Of a stretch of DNA of 11,465 bases, positions 1-7,086 are shown piece after piece. Made by a program: the position numbers and the translations under genes. Position 1 is the stretch's first letter, and every line of letters begins with the position of its first letter. The notes under the pieces were generated by a model. The model worked only from the letters and a program-made list of their open reading frames with translations, was not told where the DNA came from and did not search any database. This DNA is from a virus (Duplodnaviria; Heunggongvirae; Uroviricota; Caudoviricetes): the IMG/VR virus record IMGVR_UViG_2534681766_000006; one strand, 5' to 3'.

Positions 1-1164
1 TTACGCCTTCTTTATATCCTCCATAATTCCACAGTGGGACATATTTGGGACATTATCACCAAAAATGTCGTCTATTTTCCTTGCATGCTCTGTCAAATGA
101 TTAGGCGCAAGGTGAGCATACCTACGAACCATTTCTATGGACTCCCATCCGCCCATTTCCTGAAGCACAGATAATGGGACGCCTGACTGGATCAGCCAGC
201 TTGCCCAGGTGTGTCTGAGGTCATGGAAACGGAAATCTTCAATTCCTGCACGACGACAAGCTGATAGCCATGATGTCTTGCTGTCGATGCGCATCTTCCT
301 GACCGCAGGCGTTGATGTTCCATCTGCTCGCTTAGCCGCCTTGGTATGTACAAACACCCATTTGTGATGCTTGCCTATTTGATCACGCAACACTTTACAG
401 GCGGTATCGTTCAGCGCCACACCAATGGCGCGGTTTGATTTGCTCTCTTCTGGATTCACCCAGGCAACTCGTCGCTGCATGTCGATTTGTTGCCATTCCA
501 GATTTATGATGTTCGACTTTCTCAGACCAGTTGCCAGCGCAAACTTGACGACAGATTTCAGTGGTTCGGGGCACTCATCAATAAGGCGTTTTGCTTCCTC
601 CTTTTCCAGCCATCTGACTCGCTTGTTTCTGACCGCTGGTATCTTGATGACAGGCGCTTTTTCCAGCCACTTCCAGTCGCGTTCTGCAGCACGGAGAATG
701 GCCTTTATCATGGCAAGATGCTTTGCCTTTGTCTGAGTTGATACTGGCTTTGGTTCATAAACAGGCGGTTCTTTACCTTTCCTGATGGCGGCCTGAACTT
801 TCTGTTTCCATATTTCTTTCGTCTTTCTGTTATGCATTCTGCTTACAGCAGAGTAAATCTTTGCCTCCGAGATATCTTTAAGCCTTATACCCTCAAAATG
901 TTCAAGCCAGAACTCAATCCGGCTTTTATCTGAATCGAGAGATTTTTTATCAGCTTTTTCCTCAAGCCATCTTAGGCAGGCCTCTTCAAAAGTGACATCA
1001 GGTAAATCCCCTAGCTTTTCTACTCGCCAGAGTTCTGCTTTTCGCTTGTCGTGCAACTCCTGAGCTTGCCGCTTGTCCTTTGTGCCAAGAGATTCCTTAA
1101 TTCGTTTCCCGCCCGGGAGCGAATACGAGGCATACCATATTTCATTTCTGCGGAAGAGTGACAT
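1..1164 (-). CDS. int: Phage tyrosine integrase (P22 Int / DLP12 IntD family), 387 aa, complete
   Basis: N-terminus [25 protein letters not shown] and C-terminal catalytic region [23 protein letters not shown] are typical of P22-type integrases; stop codon at 1-3, so attL lies left of the window. Confidence 0.93.
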   Translation of the reverse strand: MSLFRRNEIWYASYSLPGGKRIKESLGTKDKRQAQELHDKRKAELWRVEKLGDLPDVTFEEACLRWLEEKADKKSLDSDKSRIEFWLEHFEGIRLKDISEAKIYSAVSRMHNRKTKEIWKQKVQAAIRKGKEPPVYEPKPVSTQTKAKHLAMIKAILRAAERDWKWLEKAPVIKIPAVRNKRVRWLEKEEAKRLIDECPEPLKSVVKFALATGLRKSNIINLEWQQIDMQRRVAWVNPEESKSNRAIGVALNDTACKVLRDQIGKHHKWVFVHTKAAKRADGTSTPAVRKMRIDSKTSWLSACRRAGIEDFRFHDLRHTWASWLIQSGVPLSVLQEMGGWESIEMVRRYAHLAPNHLTEHARKIDDIFGDNVPNMSHCGIMEDIKKA

Positions 1165-1391
1165 TTTCTTTCCTCTGTTATGCCATCACCCGCGCTCACC
1201 TGGACAGTATGCAGCGGAGACTGAAGCGCCGCAATGCAAGCTTGCCGTGTTGTGAGGTAAGGAGATTTTGGCTTGGTTGGATCTTTACGTGTTGCCTGTA
1301 GGCGGCCTGTGCGTATCCAGTTAATGGCAGTCGGTCTGGATATTTTGAGAAAATGACAGGCCTCATCGAGTGTGAGGCTGTATGGCTCCAT
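1020..1391 (-). CDS. xis: Excisionase (Xis, long P22-like form), about 123 aa, 3' end overlapping int
   Basis: ORF 1020..1475 with internal Met giving [31 protein letters not shown] (excisionase/AlpA-type HTH); this ATG overlaps the upstream stop as TAATG (1389-1393); 145-nt overlap with int start. Start codon choice (1391 vs 1475) uncertain. Confidence 0.6.
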   Translation of the reverse strand: MEPYSLTLDEACHFLKISRPTAINWIRTGRLQATRKDPTKPKSPYLTTRQACIAALQSPLHTVQVSAGDGITEERKCHSSAEMKYGMPRIRSRAGNELRNLLAQRTSGKLRSCTTSEKQNSGE

Positions 1392-1696
1392 TATTTCACC
1401 TCTTGCTGTGACATTGTTGAAAAATGGATACCAGCTCGTTGCTGCCAGACGATCCAACCGAGAGTCATATCCCATGCCATGTATTCGTTATCGCCGTTTT
1501 TTGCTCTCCGACGATCTACTAAGTCACCGAAACGCTTTTCCATGAATAATTCATAGGCTTCGCGTTCATCTGGCTCTACTTCCAGAGATACGAGTGCGAT
1601 TTCATAAGCACGGCGCTCAATATCGTCTCGAACCTCTAGGCTGCTGATTCGTTCTTTGATTTCTTTAATCAGTTCTTTATTGGTAAATGTGGTCAT
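1391..1696 (-). CDS. yfdT: Early-left operon protein, 101 aa, acidic; YfdT-like by size and position
   Basis: ORF with TAATG coupling to both neighbours; matches CPS-53 YfdT by length and gene order as I recall them, not by sequence comparison. Confidence 0.55.
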   Translation of the reverse strand: MTTFTNKELIKEIKERISSLEVRDDIERRAYEIALVSLEVEPDEREAYELFMEKRFGDLVDRRRAKNGDNEYMAWDMTLGWIVWQQRAGIHFSTMSQQEVK

Positions 1697-2058
1697 TATG
1701 CTCCAGCCTCCGGTGCTTTTGGCATTACTGCCCAGTGAGTGATATTGACGTTTTCAAGGTCCCCGACCTGAAATGTCCACTGCCATTCTCCGGTTTCTTT
1801 TTGTCCCCAGGTGTACCAGAGAGAACGCCAGCCAATCAGCCAGCCTTCTCCATTAGCATCAAATAACAGAACACTTTCATTTGCTGGTGGCAGTTCAGCT
1901 GACACTGGTATTATTTTGTTTTCCAGTGCCGCACATTTAGCTTCAAGCGCGTCGAATTTACGTAACAGGTACTCAGCATTTGTTTCGTTCACTTTCAGAT
2001 CTCGCGGTACACATTTCCCGCGAAGAAACCCTTCCATTTCGAAAACATTCATGCGCAT
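1696..2058 (-). CDS. yfdS: Early-left operon protein, 120 aa, Trp-rich C-terminus (possibly DUF551); YfdS-like
   Basis: ORF with GGAG 9 nt upstream of the ATG at 2056-2058; stop overlaps the next start; size and order match CPS-53 YfdS as recalled. Confidence 0.55.
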   Translation of the reverse strand: MRMNVFEMEGFLRGKCVPRDLKVNETNAEYLLRKFDALEAKCAALENKIIPVSAELPPANESVLLFDANGEGWLIGWRSLWYTWGQKETGEWQWTFQVGDLENVNITHWAVMPKAPEAGA

Positions 2059-2255
2059 TTGCGTAACTCCGATAAATCGTTAAAACGTTCCATAAACATC
2101 CCGTAGGCATGACCCGGTGCCAGTGGAATCACGTTGAACATCTCTGTTGCCGGGATGCCTTCCAGTACAGGCCAGAAAGAGCCATCATCAAGCCCGAGAT
2201 CGCGGCGTTCGGTTGCCAGCATGATGAGATCGGCATATTTCACGGGTGTACTCAT
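2049..2255 (-). CDS. yfdR: C-terminal portion (68 aa) of an HD-domain phosphohydrolase (YfdR/YfbR-like), in a different frame from the N-terminal portion
   Basis: MSTPVKYADLIMLATERRDLGL resembles the region after the HD motif in YfbR-type 5'-deoxynucleotidases; its ATG sits in an ATGA overlap with the stop of ORF 2252..2584. Confidence 0.5.
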   Translation of the reverse strand: MSTPVKYADLIMLATERRDLGLDDGSFWPVLEGIPATEMFNVIPLAPGHAYGMFMERFNDLSELRKCA

Positions 2256-2584
2256 AACCGGGGTAACCCGTATTTCTCACGGATTACGGCGTCTATTTTT
2301 TCTTCCATCCGTTTATAGTCAGGAAGAAGGCGTTTCAGTGGTGCGGGAATGTCCTGGCAATACGCTTCTGTTGCATCATGCATTAACGCTTCAAAAGCAA
2401 ATTCCTGCGGCACCAGCTGGCTGCAAAGAACCGCATGTTGGGCGACGCTGTAGAAGTGCGAAAGATGACCGGCAAAGCGACAGATATTTGAAAGGGAAAC
2501 CGCGATATCGTTAATATCGATGTCGTCTTTATTTATCCTGTCATAATAAAAATGCTTCCCGGAAAAAGTTTTAATAAATGACAT
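2252..2584 (-). CDS. yfdR: N-terminal portion (110 aa) of an HD-domain phosphohydrolase (YfdR-like); start at internal Met with GGAGAACAAA-ATG
   Basis: HD motif residues H..HD..D (HAVLCSQL, EALMHDATEAY, QDIPAPLK). The two parts sum to about 178 aa, the size I recall for YfdR. Adding one C to the CCCC run (plus 2260-2263 GGGG) would fuse them as ..EKYGLPPVMSTPVKY.. Confidence 0.6.
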   Translation of the reverse strand: MSFIKTFSGKHFYYDRINKDDIDINDIAVSLSNICRFAGHLSHFYSVAQHAVLCSQLVPQEFAFEALMHDATEAYCQDIPAPLKRLLPDYKRMEEKIDAVIREKYGLPRL

Positions 2585-2677
2585 TTTGTTCTCCACGTAT
2601 ATGCACTGCACCGCGCTGAATTCTGGTAAAAGGAAGCCCTCACCATCCGGTGATTATTGAGTTAATTACGTTTCCAT

Positions 2678-2699
2678 AAATGCCCCCGCAGGGGCATTT
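2678..2699. terminator. Perfect 9-bp-stem palindrome AAATGCCCC-cgca-GGGGCATTT between yfdQ-like and yfdR-like genes; possible attenuator or protein-binding site
   Basis: Read directly; no clean U-tract on either strand, so terminator function is uncertain. Confidence 0.3.
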
Positions 2700-2711
2700 G
2701 CAGTAATGAAA

Positions 2712-3536
2712 TCAGGCGGTGAAAGTACCAATAAAGGTTTCTACTTTGCTGTCCTTGAATTTCTCAACAAGCAGATCACGAAATTCGTTAGCCATTTCTT
2801 CCTGCACCGCCTCCAGCTGAATAATGCGCAGAACCAGTACAGGACGATCGCCAGTGATAATACTGAGGCGTAATTTAAACGGACGTTCTTTCAGGCCTTC
2901 AAACGGAACGCATTTAAATTCAAATGCCACTGGCATAATGTCTTTGGTCTTCGCTTCGACAGACTCCATCAGGGAGCGTTTGCCGCTGAAGTCATTGTCT
3001 TCAAAATCAGCGGTCTGGTTTGCTTCAATCGTGATTTTACGGACTGCCGCAGCCGCTTTTGTTGCCTGAATGGCATCACCATTAGCATCAAAGCCCACAA
3101 GGTAGTCGGCCCAGTCTTCGATCCATTCTGCCAGTGACTTCTGGGAGTTACGCTCGCCGTTAACAGACAACAGAGCAGAGAACGGTGCTGTCTTTTTCAG
3201 TTTGAGAGTGGCAGTGTTATCTGCGTGACCTGGCTCATCAATAGTACCCAGGTTAAGCACACTGACGGCACGCATATTATCGGCATCGATAAAGCAGCGG
3301 GTGCCTTCATCTGCAAGATCTTTAGAATAACGGGTAAAGTCATCGATGCTGGCAGTGGAAAGCGCACCACGGAAACGGAAACGATTTAAATTAAATTTTT
3401 CCAGATCATGAATGCGGAAATTCTCAGGCAATGCCACAGCATCGGCACCAATCTTACTGATAATTTCATTAACACCCTGAGCAGAAATAAGGGCATGGAT
3501 TTGATTAATTGCGGTTGCGTCTAAGTTCTGAGACAT
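2712..3536 (-). CDS. yfdQ: YfdQ-like protein (DUF2303 family), 274 aa
   Basis: Full-length 274-aa ORF with GAGGA RBS; size and neighbourhood (P-Q-R-S-T order) match CPS-53 YfdQ. Confidence 0.85.
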   Translation of the reverse strand: MSQNLDATAINQIHALISAQGVNEIISKIGADAVALPENFRIHDLEKFNLNRFRFRGALSTASIDDFTRYSKDLADEGTRCFIDADNMRAVSVLNLGTIDEPGHADNTATLKLKKTAPFSALLSVNGERNSQKSLAEWIEDWADYLVGFDANGDAIQATKAAAAVRKITIEANQTADFEDNDFSGKRSLMESVEAKTKDIMPVAFEFKCVPFEGLKERPFKLRLSIITGDRPVLVLRIIQLEAVQEEMANEFRDLLVEKFKDSKVETFIGTFTA

Positions 3537-3601
3537 AATAAGTCCTCACTATATAAAGATATTCAGTGATGAGATAAATAATCAGTTTATTACGAACGAT
3601 A

Positions 3602-3964
3602 TTAACGACCTGCTGCGCGGAGTTTTCCGTCAGGTTCACCGGCAAGAGTCAGTAATTGTCCCTGGTCTTCCTGCAGAATAGTCAGGCGACCACCGCGATT
3701 GACATACATCGGCGTTTCGGTGGTGTCTTCTTCGGAAATTTTCCCGCGGTTAGTTGGGCGAACATATGAGAGTTTGTGTTTGATTTTCACACGGTTCTCA
3801 TCAAACGGTTCGATTTCCAGATTGAGTGAGACCTTCCCTTTGGTTTTCGTGTTCATCACACCGGAAGCGACCTCACTGAGAACTGCGCCGATTTTGGTTT
3901 CAAATACGCCGCCGTCCAGCCCCCCGATAAATGCCTGCACATCAGTACTGCGTTCGCTAGCCAT
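3602..3964 (-). CDS. yfdP: YfdP-like early protein, 120 aa
   Basis: Start chosen at internal ATG 3962-3964 with GAGGAG 8 nt upstream; the N-terminal extension of ORF 3602..4129 is Arg/Cys-rich GC-region junk. Confidence 0.7.
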   Translation of the reverse strand: MASERSTDVQAFIGGLDGGVFETKIGAVLSEVASGVMNTKTKGKVSLNLEIEPFDENRVKIKHKLSYVRPTNRGKISEEDTTETPMYVNRGGRLTILQEDQGQLLTLAGEPDGKLRAAGR

Positions 3965-3979
3965 TTTGCTGCTCCTCAT

Positions 3980-4430
3980 CATATCGACCCTGCAAGGTCG
4001 GTTGGTTTCTCCACAAAACAGAGAAGAACACCTGCGGTGGCAGCCGCCCGGATGGATTGGGTTATGAGCCCGTCGTCCGGTGATGCTCTTCTCTGTTTTG
4101 CAAAAAAGGACGGTACCAGCCGGAAGCAAGGGTACAAACTGGTACCGCCAGGACTACACACAGCATAAAGTTGTGGTGCCGGGTGCCTCCCGGTGCCTGG
4201 CGAAGGTTGCACACCAGGCGGGGGGGTATCCACAGAAGGTCGACTGTCAGCCTCAACCTTAACCCGCGTGCGCTGAGCCGCATTCACCACAACGCTAAGG
4301 ATTCTCTCTGGTTGAAAATACTTAGCTGTTATGTGCCTGCTTTTAGCCACATCAGGCGAGGTGGACCTGGTTATTCCCCAACAACAAGGATTCGGTTAAT
4401 CTGGATATCCCCAACAACAATAAGAGTATT
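3980..4430. other. GC-rich, ORF-poor, inverted-repeat-rich region; candidate structured RNA or leader of the early-left operon, or long 5' region of the convergent moron
   Basis: 14-bp perfect inverted repeat CAAAACAGAGAAGA (4014-4027) / TCTTCTCTGTTTTG (4087-4100); 9-bp stem CGGTACCAG (4111-4119) / CTGGTACCG (4139-4147); further CCGGG/CCCGG and CCTGG/CCAGG pairs; ORFs here are Pro/Gly/Arg-rich and implausible. Confidence 0.35.
4375..4420 (+). repeat. Two copies of the direct repeat TCCCCAACAACAA (4375-4387 and 4408-4420), 33 bp apart, just upstream of the moron start
   Basis: Exact 13-mer duplication read directly; flanking TAT(T) also conserved; GGA motifs lie between the copies. Confidence 0.6.
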
Positions 4431-4458
4431 CAATGTGATCGCTGAATTAACGGCAGCA

Positions 4459-4950
4459 ATGACGGCTATTCGTGAAACAGCCCAGATTGCAAAACTAATG
4501 AACGAGGCAAAAACTCAAGCTGAAGTAAATGCGGCTATTGGTGAGCTGAACTCAAAGCTTGCGTCTATTCAGCGCGAATGCGTGTCTCTCGTTGAACTGG
4601 TGGGCTCTTATCAAGAAATAAATGCTTCTCTCAAAGCTAAAATTGCAGAATTCGAAAACTTTGAGGCTCAGACGGAAGGCTATATCCTTAACCAACTTGA
4701 GTCGGGTACTTTTGTATACTCGAAGGAGGTAATCGTGAACGGTGGCAGCATAACCATGCATCTTTGCCCAAAATGTTTTGGACAAAAGATAGTATCGATA
4801 CTTCAACCATTCCCGGTTAGCGAAGATGAGCTTTTTCATAAAAGCAGGTGCCTCCACTGTGAAAATAAGTTTCTGATGAATAAAAATCCGGATTACGTAT
4901 CGCCTCCATCCATTGAGGAGTTGTCCAGAAAACTTAACGGCAATCTGTAG
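4459..4950 (+). CDS. Hypothetical moron protein, 163 aa: N-terminal coiled-coil plus C-terminal C4 zinc ribbon (CPKC-x24-CLHC); function unknown
   Basis: Low-GC ORF (about 42% by eye) convergent with PL, followed by its own terminator. Start uncertain (ATG 4459 or GTG 4435, both with weak RBS); in-frame GTG 4735 has a perfect AAGGAGG SD 5 nt upstream. Confidence 0.65.
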   Translation: MTAIRETAQIAKLMNEAKTQAEVNAAIGELNSKLASIQRECVSLVELVGSYQEINASLKAKIAEFENFEAQTEGYILNQLESGTFVYSKEVIVNGGSITMHLCPKCFGQKIVSILQPFPVSEDELFHKSRCLHCENKFLMNKNPDYVSPPSIEELSRKLNGNL

Positions 4951-4988
4951 ATTACTACTGTTGTGGATATCCAGATTGTTAAAGAGCT

Positions 4989-5013
4989 AAGCGTCCTGTA
5001 GGGCGCTTTTTTG
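4989..5013 (+). terminator. Rho-independent terminator of the moron gene
   Basis: Stem GCGUCC / GGGCGC (one G-U pair), loop UGUA, followed by UUUUUU (5007-5012); weaker and without a U-tract in antisense. Confidence 0.6.
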
Positions 5014-5089
5014 TTGCTAACGAATCATCCTGGACTTCATATGCCCCAGGCGGCTACTTCGTGGGCGTCCTGCCTGTTTGTTGTTTCTC

Positions 5090-5126
5090 TTGGGTACATT
5101 ATGTATCTCATAGGTACATTGTCAAG
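5090..5126 (-). promoter_or_regulatory. OL/PL-like region: sigma70 promoter reading leftward with overlapping operator repeats
   Basis: Minus strand TTGACA (plus 5120-5125), 17-nt spacer, ATAATG (plus 5097-5102). Operator-like GGTACAT motifs: GGTACATTATGTATC (includes palindrome TACATtATGTA) and GGTACATTGTCAAG. Confidence 0.6.
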
Positions 5127-5128
5127 TA

Positions 5129-5151
5129 TAAAAAAACCTGCCGAAGCAGGT
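5129..5151 (-). terminator. Rho-independent terminator downstream of cI
   Basis: Hairpin ACCTGC-cgaa-GCAGGT (5136-5151); minus-strand RNA follows it with UUUUUUUAU (plus A-run 5129-5135). Confidence 0.6.
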
Positions 5152-5164
5152 TCATAAACATTGA

Positions 5165-5839
5165 TTAGGCTTTGATTTTGTATCTTCTTGGTTTTCCTGA
5201 GAAAATCACAGTTCCAATTATAGAGCAATTACCGTTGATCTTAATGTAAGGCTCAGGCCAGTTTGGGTTTAACGCTTTGAGATAACGCTGTGTCCCATCT
5301 TCTATCAACCTTTTGAAGGTGGTTTCACCTGTATCGTGCATCAATGCAATAACGTCGTCACCGTGGCAGGCAGGTACTTCAGGATCGACAAAAATCATGT
5401 CTCCCGGGCGGTACTCATCAATCATTGAATCACCTATCACCCGCAAGATATAAGTCATTTCCCCACAGGGTACAGGGCAGGGATACGTTTCTGCTGTGCT
5501 CAAATCAACCTCAGAATATCCAACTTCTTTCCATGCTCCGGCCTGTACCCATGATATGACAGGGACTAATGTGATTTGTTTATTAGTGATTGAAACATCA
5601 GGTTTTTTTGTGATGTTCGTTGTCTGGTGTTCTTGATCGAGCCATCCGACAGGCAGGGCGAAACATTTTTCGATGTGTCGTGCCATGCTGTCACCGATAT
5701 TTTTAGTAGCACCATCTCCCATAAACCTGCTGGTCTGGGTTGGCTCGCGATCAATCATAGTGGCAAAGGAAGAATTCCCTCCAACACCATCTCTCAGTTT
5801 TCTGGCGTTAGACCGCCGGATGTCATGGATTGTTTTCAT
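5165..5839 (-). CDS. cI: CI-type prophage repressor with C-terminal S24 (LexA-like) autopeptidase domain, 224 aa
   Basis: C-terminal half aligns with P22 C2 (WVQAG.W, GDSM Ser nucleophile, TFKRL Lys, NGNCSIIG); ATG at 5837-5839 has essentially no SD, consistent with leaderless translation from PRM. Confidence 0.9.
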   Translation of the reverse strand: MKTIHDIRRSNARKLRDGVGGNSSFATMIDREPTQTSRFMGDGATKNIGDSMARHIEKCFALPVGWLDQEHQTTNITKKPDVSITNKQITLVPVISWVQAGAWKEVGYSEVDLSTAETYPCPVPCGEMTYILRVIGDSMIDEYRPGDMIFVDPEVPACHGDDVIALMHDTGETTFKRLIEDGTQRYLKALNPNWPEPYIKINGNCSIIGTVIFSGKPRRYKIKA

Positions 5840-5929
5840 AACGAAATTAAAACCCTTGTACCGTTAAGGTACAAGTATCTTGAAGGTTCATTTCAATCAT
5901 GTAATATGTACACCGGAGGTACATATTGT
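5840..5929. promoter_or_regulatory. OR region with divergent PRM (leftward) and PR (rightward) and palindromic operators
   Basis: Operators CTTGTACC-gttaa-GGTACAAG (5855-5875) and ATGTAC-accggag-GTACAT (5906-5924); PR TTGAAG (5880-5885), 16 nt, TAATAT (5902-5907); PRM on minus TTGTAC (plus 5869-5874), 17 nt, TTTAAT (plus 5846-5851). Confidence 0.6.
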
Positions 5930-6130
5930 ATGAAAGCGTATTGGGACTCTTTAACCAAAGAACAGCAGGGCGAGTTGGCCGGAAAAGTTGGCTCAACTCC
6001 TGGCTACTTACGGCTGGTTTTCAATGGCTATAAAAAAGCCAGTTTTGTGCTGGCTAAAAAACTTGAGCAATGCACGTCAGGTGCAATTACGAAATCTGAC
6101 TTAAGACCGGATATCTATCCGAAAGATTAG
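5930..6130 (+). CDS. cro: Cro-like HTH (XRE family) repressor, 66 aa
   Basis: Start ATG 5930 with GGAGG 11 nt upstream; HTH QGELAGKVGSTPGYLRLVFNGY; the longer ORF 5627..6130 would overlap cI and is rejected. Confidence 0.8.
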   Translation: MKAYWDSLTKEQQGELAGKVGSTPGYLRLVFNGYKKASFVLAKKLEQCTSGAITKSDLRPDIYPKD

Positions 6131-6161
6131 CAGAACACTTTCAATTTTTAACCACAGAACG

Positions 6162-6731
6162 ATGAGGCTAATCGTGGGTAAGCATCACTGGAAAATAGAA
6201 AAACAGCCTGAGTGGTACGTGAAAGCTGTCAGAAAAACTATCGCGGCGTTGCCGGGTGGTTACGCTGAAGCGGCTGACTGGCTCGATGTAACAGAAAACG
6301 CTTTATTCAACCGCCTTCGTGCAGATGGCGATCAGATTTTCCCGCTGGGATGGGCAATGGTTTTACAGCGTGCTGGTGGCACTCACTTCATTGCTGATGC
6401 TGTGGCGCAGTCTGCAAATGGCGTCTTTGTGTCGCTTCCTGACGTCGAGGATGTGGACAACGCCGATATTAACCAGCGTCTGCTGGAAGTCATTGAACAG
6501 ATCGGCAGTTATTCAAAACAGATTCGTTCAGCAATCGAAGACGGTGTAGTGGAACCGCATGAGAAGACAGCAATTAACGACGAGCTGTATCTCTCAATTT
6601 CGAAGCTGCAGGAGCATGCAGCACTGGTCTACAAAATCTTTTGCATTTCAGAAAGTAATGACGCCCGCGAGTGTGCAGCTCCGGGCGTCGTGGCGTCGAT
6701 TGCTTCTGGTTGTGGAGAAACTAACGCATGA
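6162..6731 (+). CDS. cII-position regulatory protein, 189 aa (possibly YdaT / phage-CII CP76-like; family not verified)
   Basis: ORF directly after cro; alternative start GTG 6174 has a better SD (GAGG, 6-nt spacing); stop overlaps the next ATG (ATGA at 6728-6731). Confidence 0.65.
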   Translation: MRLIVGKHHWKIEKQPEWYVKAVRKTIAALPGGYAEAADWLDVTENALFNRLRADGDQIFPLGWAMVLQRAGGTHFIADAVAQSANGVFVSLPDVEDVDNADINQRLLEVIEQIGSYSKQIRSAIEDGVVEPHEKTAINDELYLSISKLQEHAALVYKIFCISESNDARECAAPGVVASIASGCGETNA

Positions 6732-7066
6732 ACAGTTTAACAACACACTACCGTCGCTCGCAACTGATTGCGCTTCCTGTACCGGGTGGAAAAGCGAAGG
6801 GGGAATATTGCTATGCAGTGAATGTACCAGGTGACAGGGAAATTGTAACCCACAGCTTTGCAGAGTGGGCTGTGGGGGATTTCAACCGGCAGAAGGAGAC
6901 AGTCCTTTGCGACAAGTTAACCGCTGGTTCAAAGATCACTACGGAGTGCCCGTCAGAGTCATTCGTTGGGAACCGGAAACACAACGGGTTATCTACCTCC
7001 GCGAAGGCTATGAGCATGAGTGCTTCAGTCCGCTCGAACAGTTTCGTCGTAAATTCAGGGAAATAG
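6728..7066 (+). CDS. Hypothetical protein; the N-terminal ~63 aa look genuine, the C-terminal Ser-rich tail looks off-frame
   Basis: ATGA-coupled to the upstream gene; protein-like until ..VLCDK (about 6915), then low-complexity. Confidence 0.4.
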   Translation: MNSLTTHYRRSQLIALPVPGGKAKGEYCYAVNVPGDREIVTHSFAEWAVGDFNRQKETVLCDKLTAGSKITTECPSESFVGNRKHNGLSTSAKAMSMSASVRSNSFVVNSGK

Positions 7067-7086
7067 AGGTCGGTCATGAGCACTAA
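6865..7086 (+). CDS. Hypothetical protein, probably the C-terminal part of the same gene as 6728..7066 (frame -1); the region [37 protein letters not shown] looks genuine
   Basis: Frame open from 6835; the listed start is GTG; stop overlaps the O-like start by 11 nt; one extra nucleotide near 6913-6917 would fuse the two ORFs (..CDK-VNRWF..). Confidence 0.4.
   Translation: MGCGGFQPAEGDSPLRQVNRWFKDHYGVPVRVIRWEPETQRVIYLREGYEHECFSPLEQFRRKFREIEVGHEH

Noticed and set aside
425-741. Plus-strand ORFs (103 and 84 aa) inside the integrase gene
   Set aside because: Antisense to a well-supported integrase CDS; low-complexity Ser/Phe-rich translations; no RBS.
3979-4350. ORFs in the GC-rich region (minus 123 aa and 73 aa, plus 60 aa, and the N-terminal 96 codons of ORF 4171..4950)
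   Set aside because: Pro/Gly/Arg-rich translations typical of non-coding GC-rich DNA; the region is better explained as structured non-coding sequence. An N-like antiterminator was considered, but no convincing Arg-rich motif plus boxA/boxB pair was found.
3980-4430. Retron msr/msd, hok/sok-type type I toxin-antitoxin, tRNA/tmRNA or ERIC element as explanations for the structured region
   Set aside because: No reverse transcriptase ORF nearby; no Hok-like hydrophobic peptide found in the frames scanned; no tRNA T-loop (GTTCGA) or CCA-end features; no ERIC core motif recognised. The region remains unassigned.
4552-4857. Minus-strand ORF (101 aa) antisense to the moron
   Set aside because: Fully inside a better-supported plus-strand CDS; Lys/Phe/Leu-rich composition reflects the antisense of AT-rich coding sequence.
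5627-5929. Long form of the cro ORF (167 aa) extending upstream through OR into cI
   Set aside because: Would overlap the cI coding sequence and both promoters; the internal ATG 5930 with GGAGG SD gives a 66-aa Cro of typical size.
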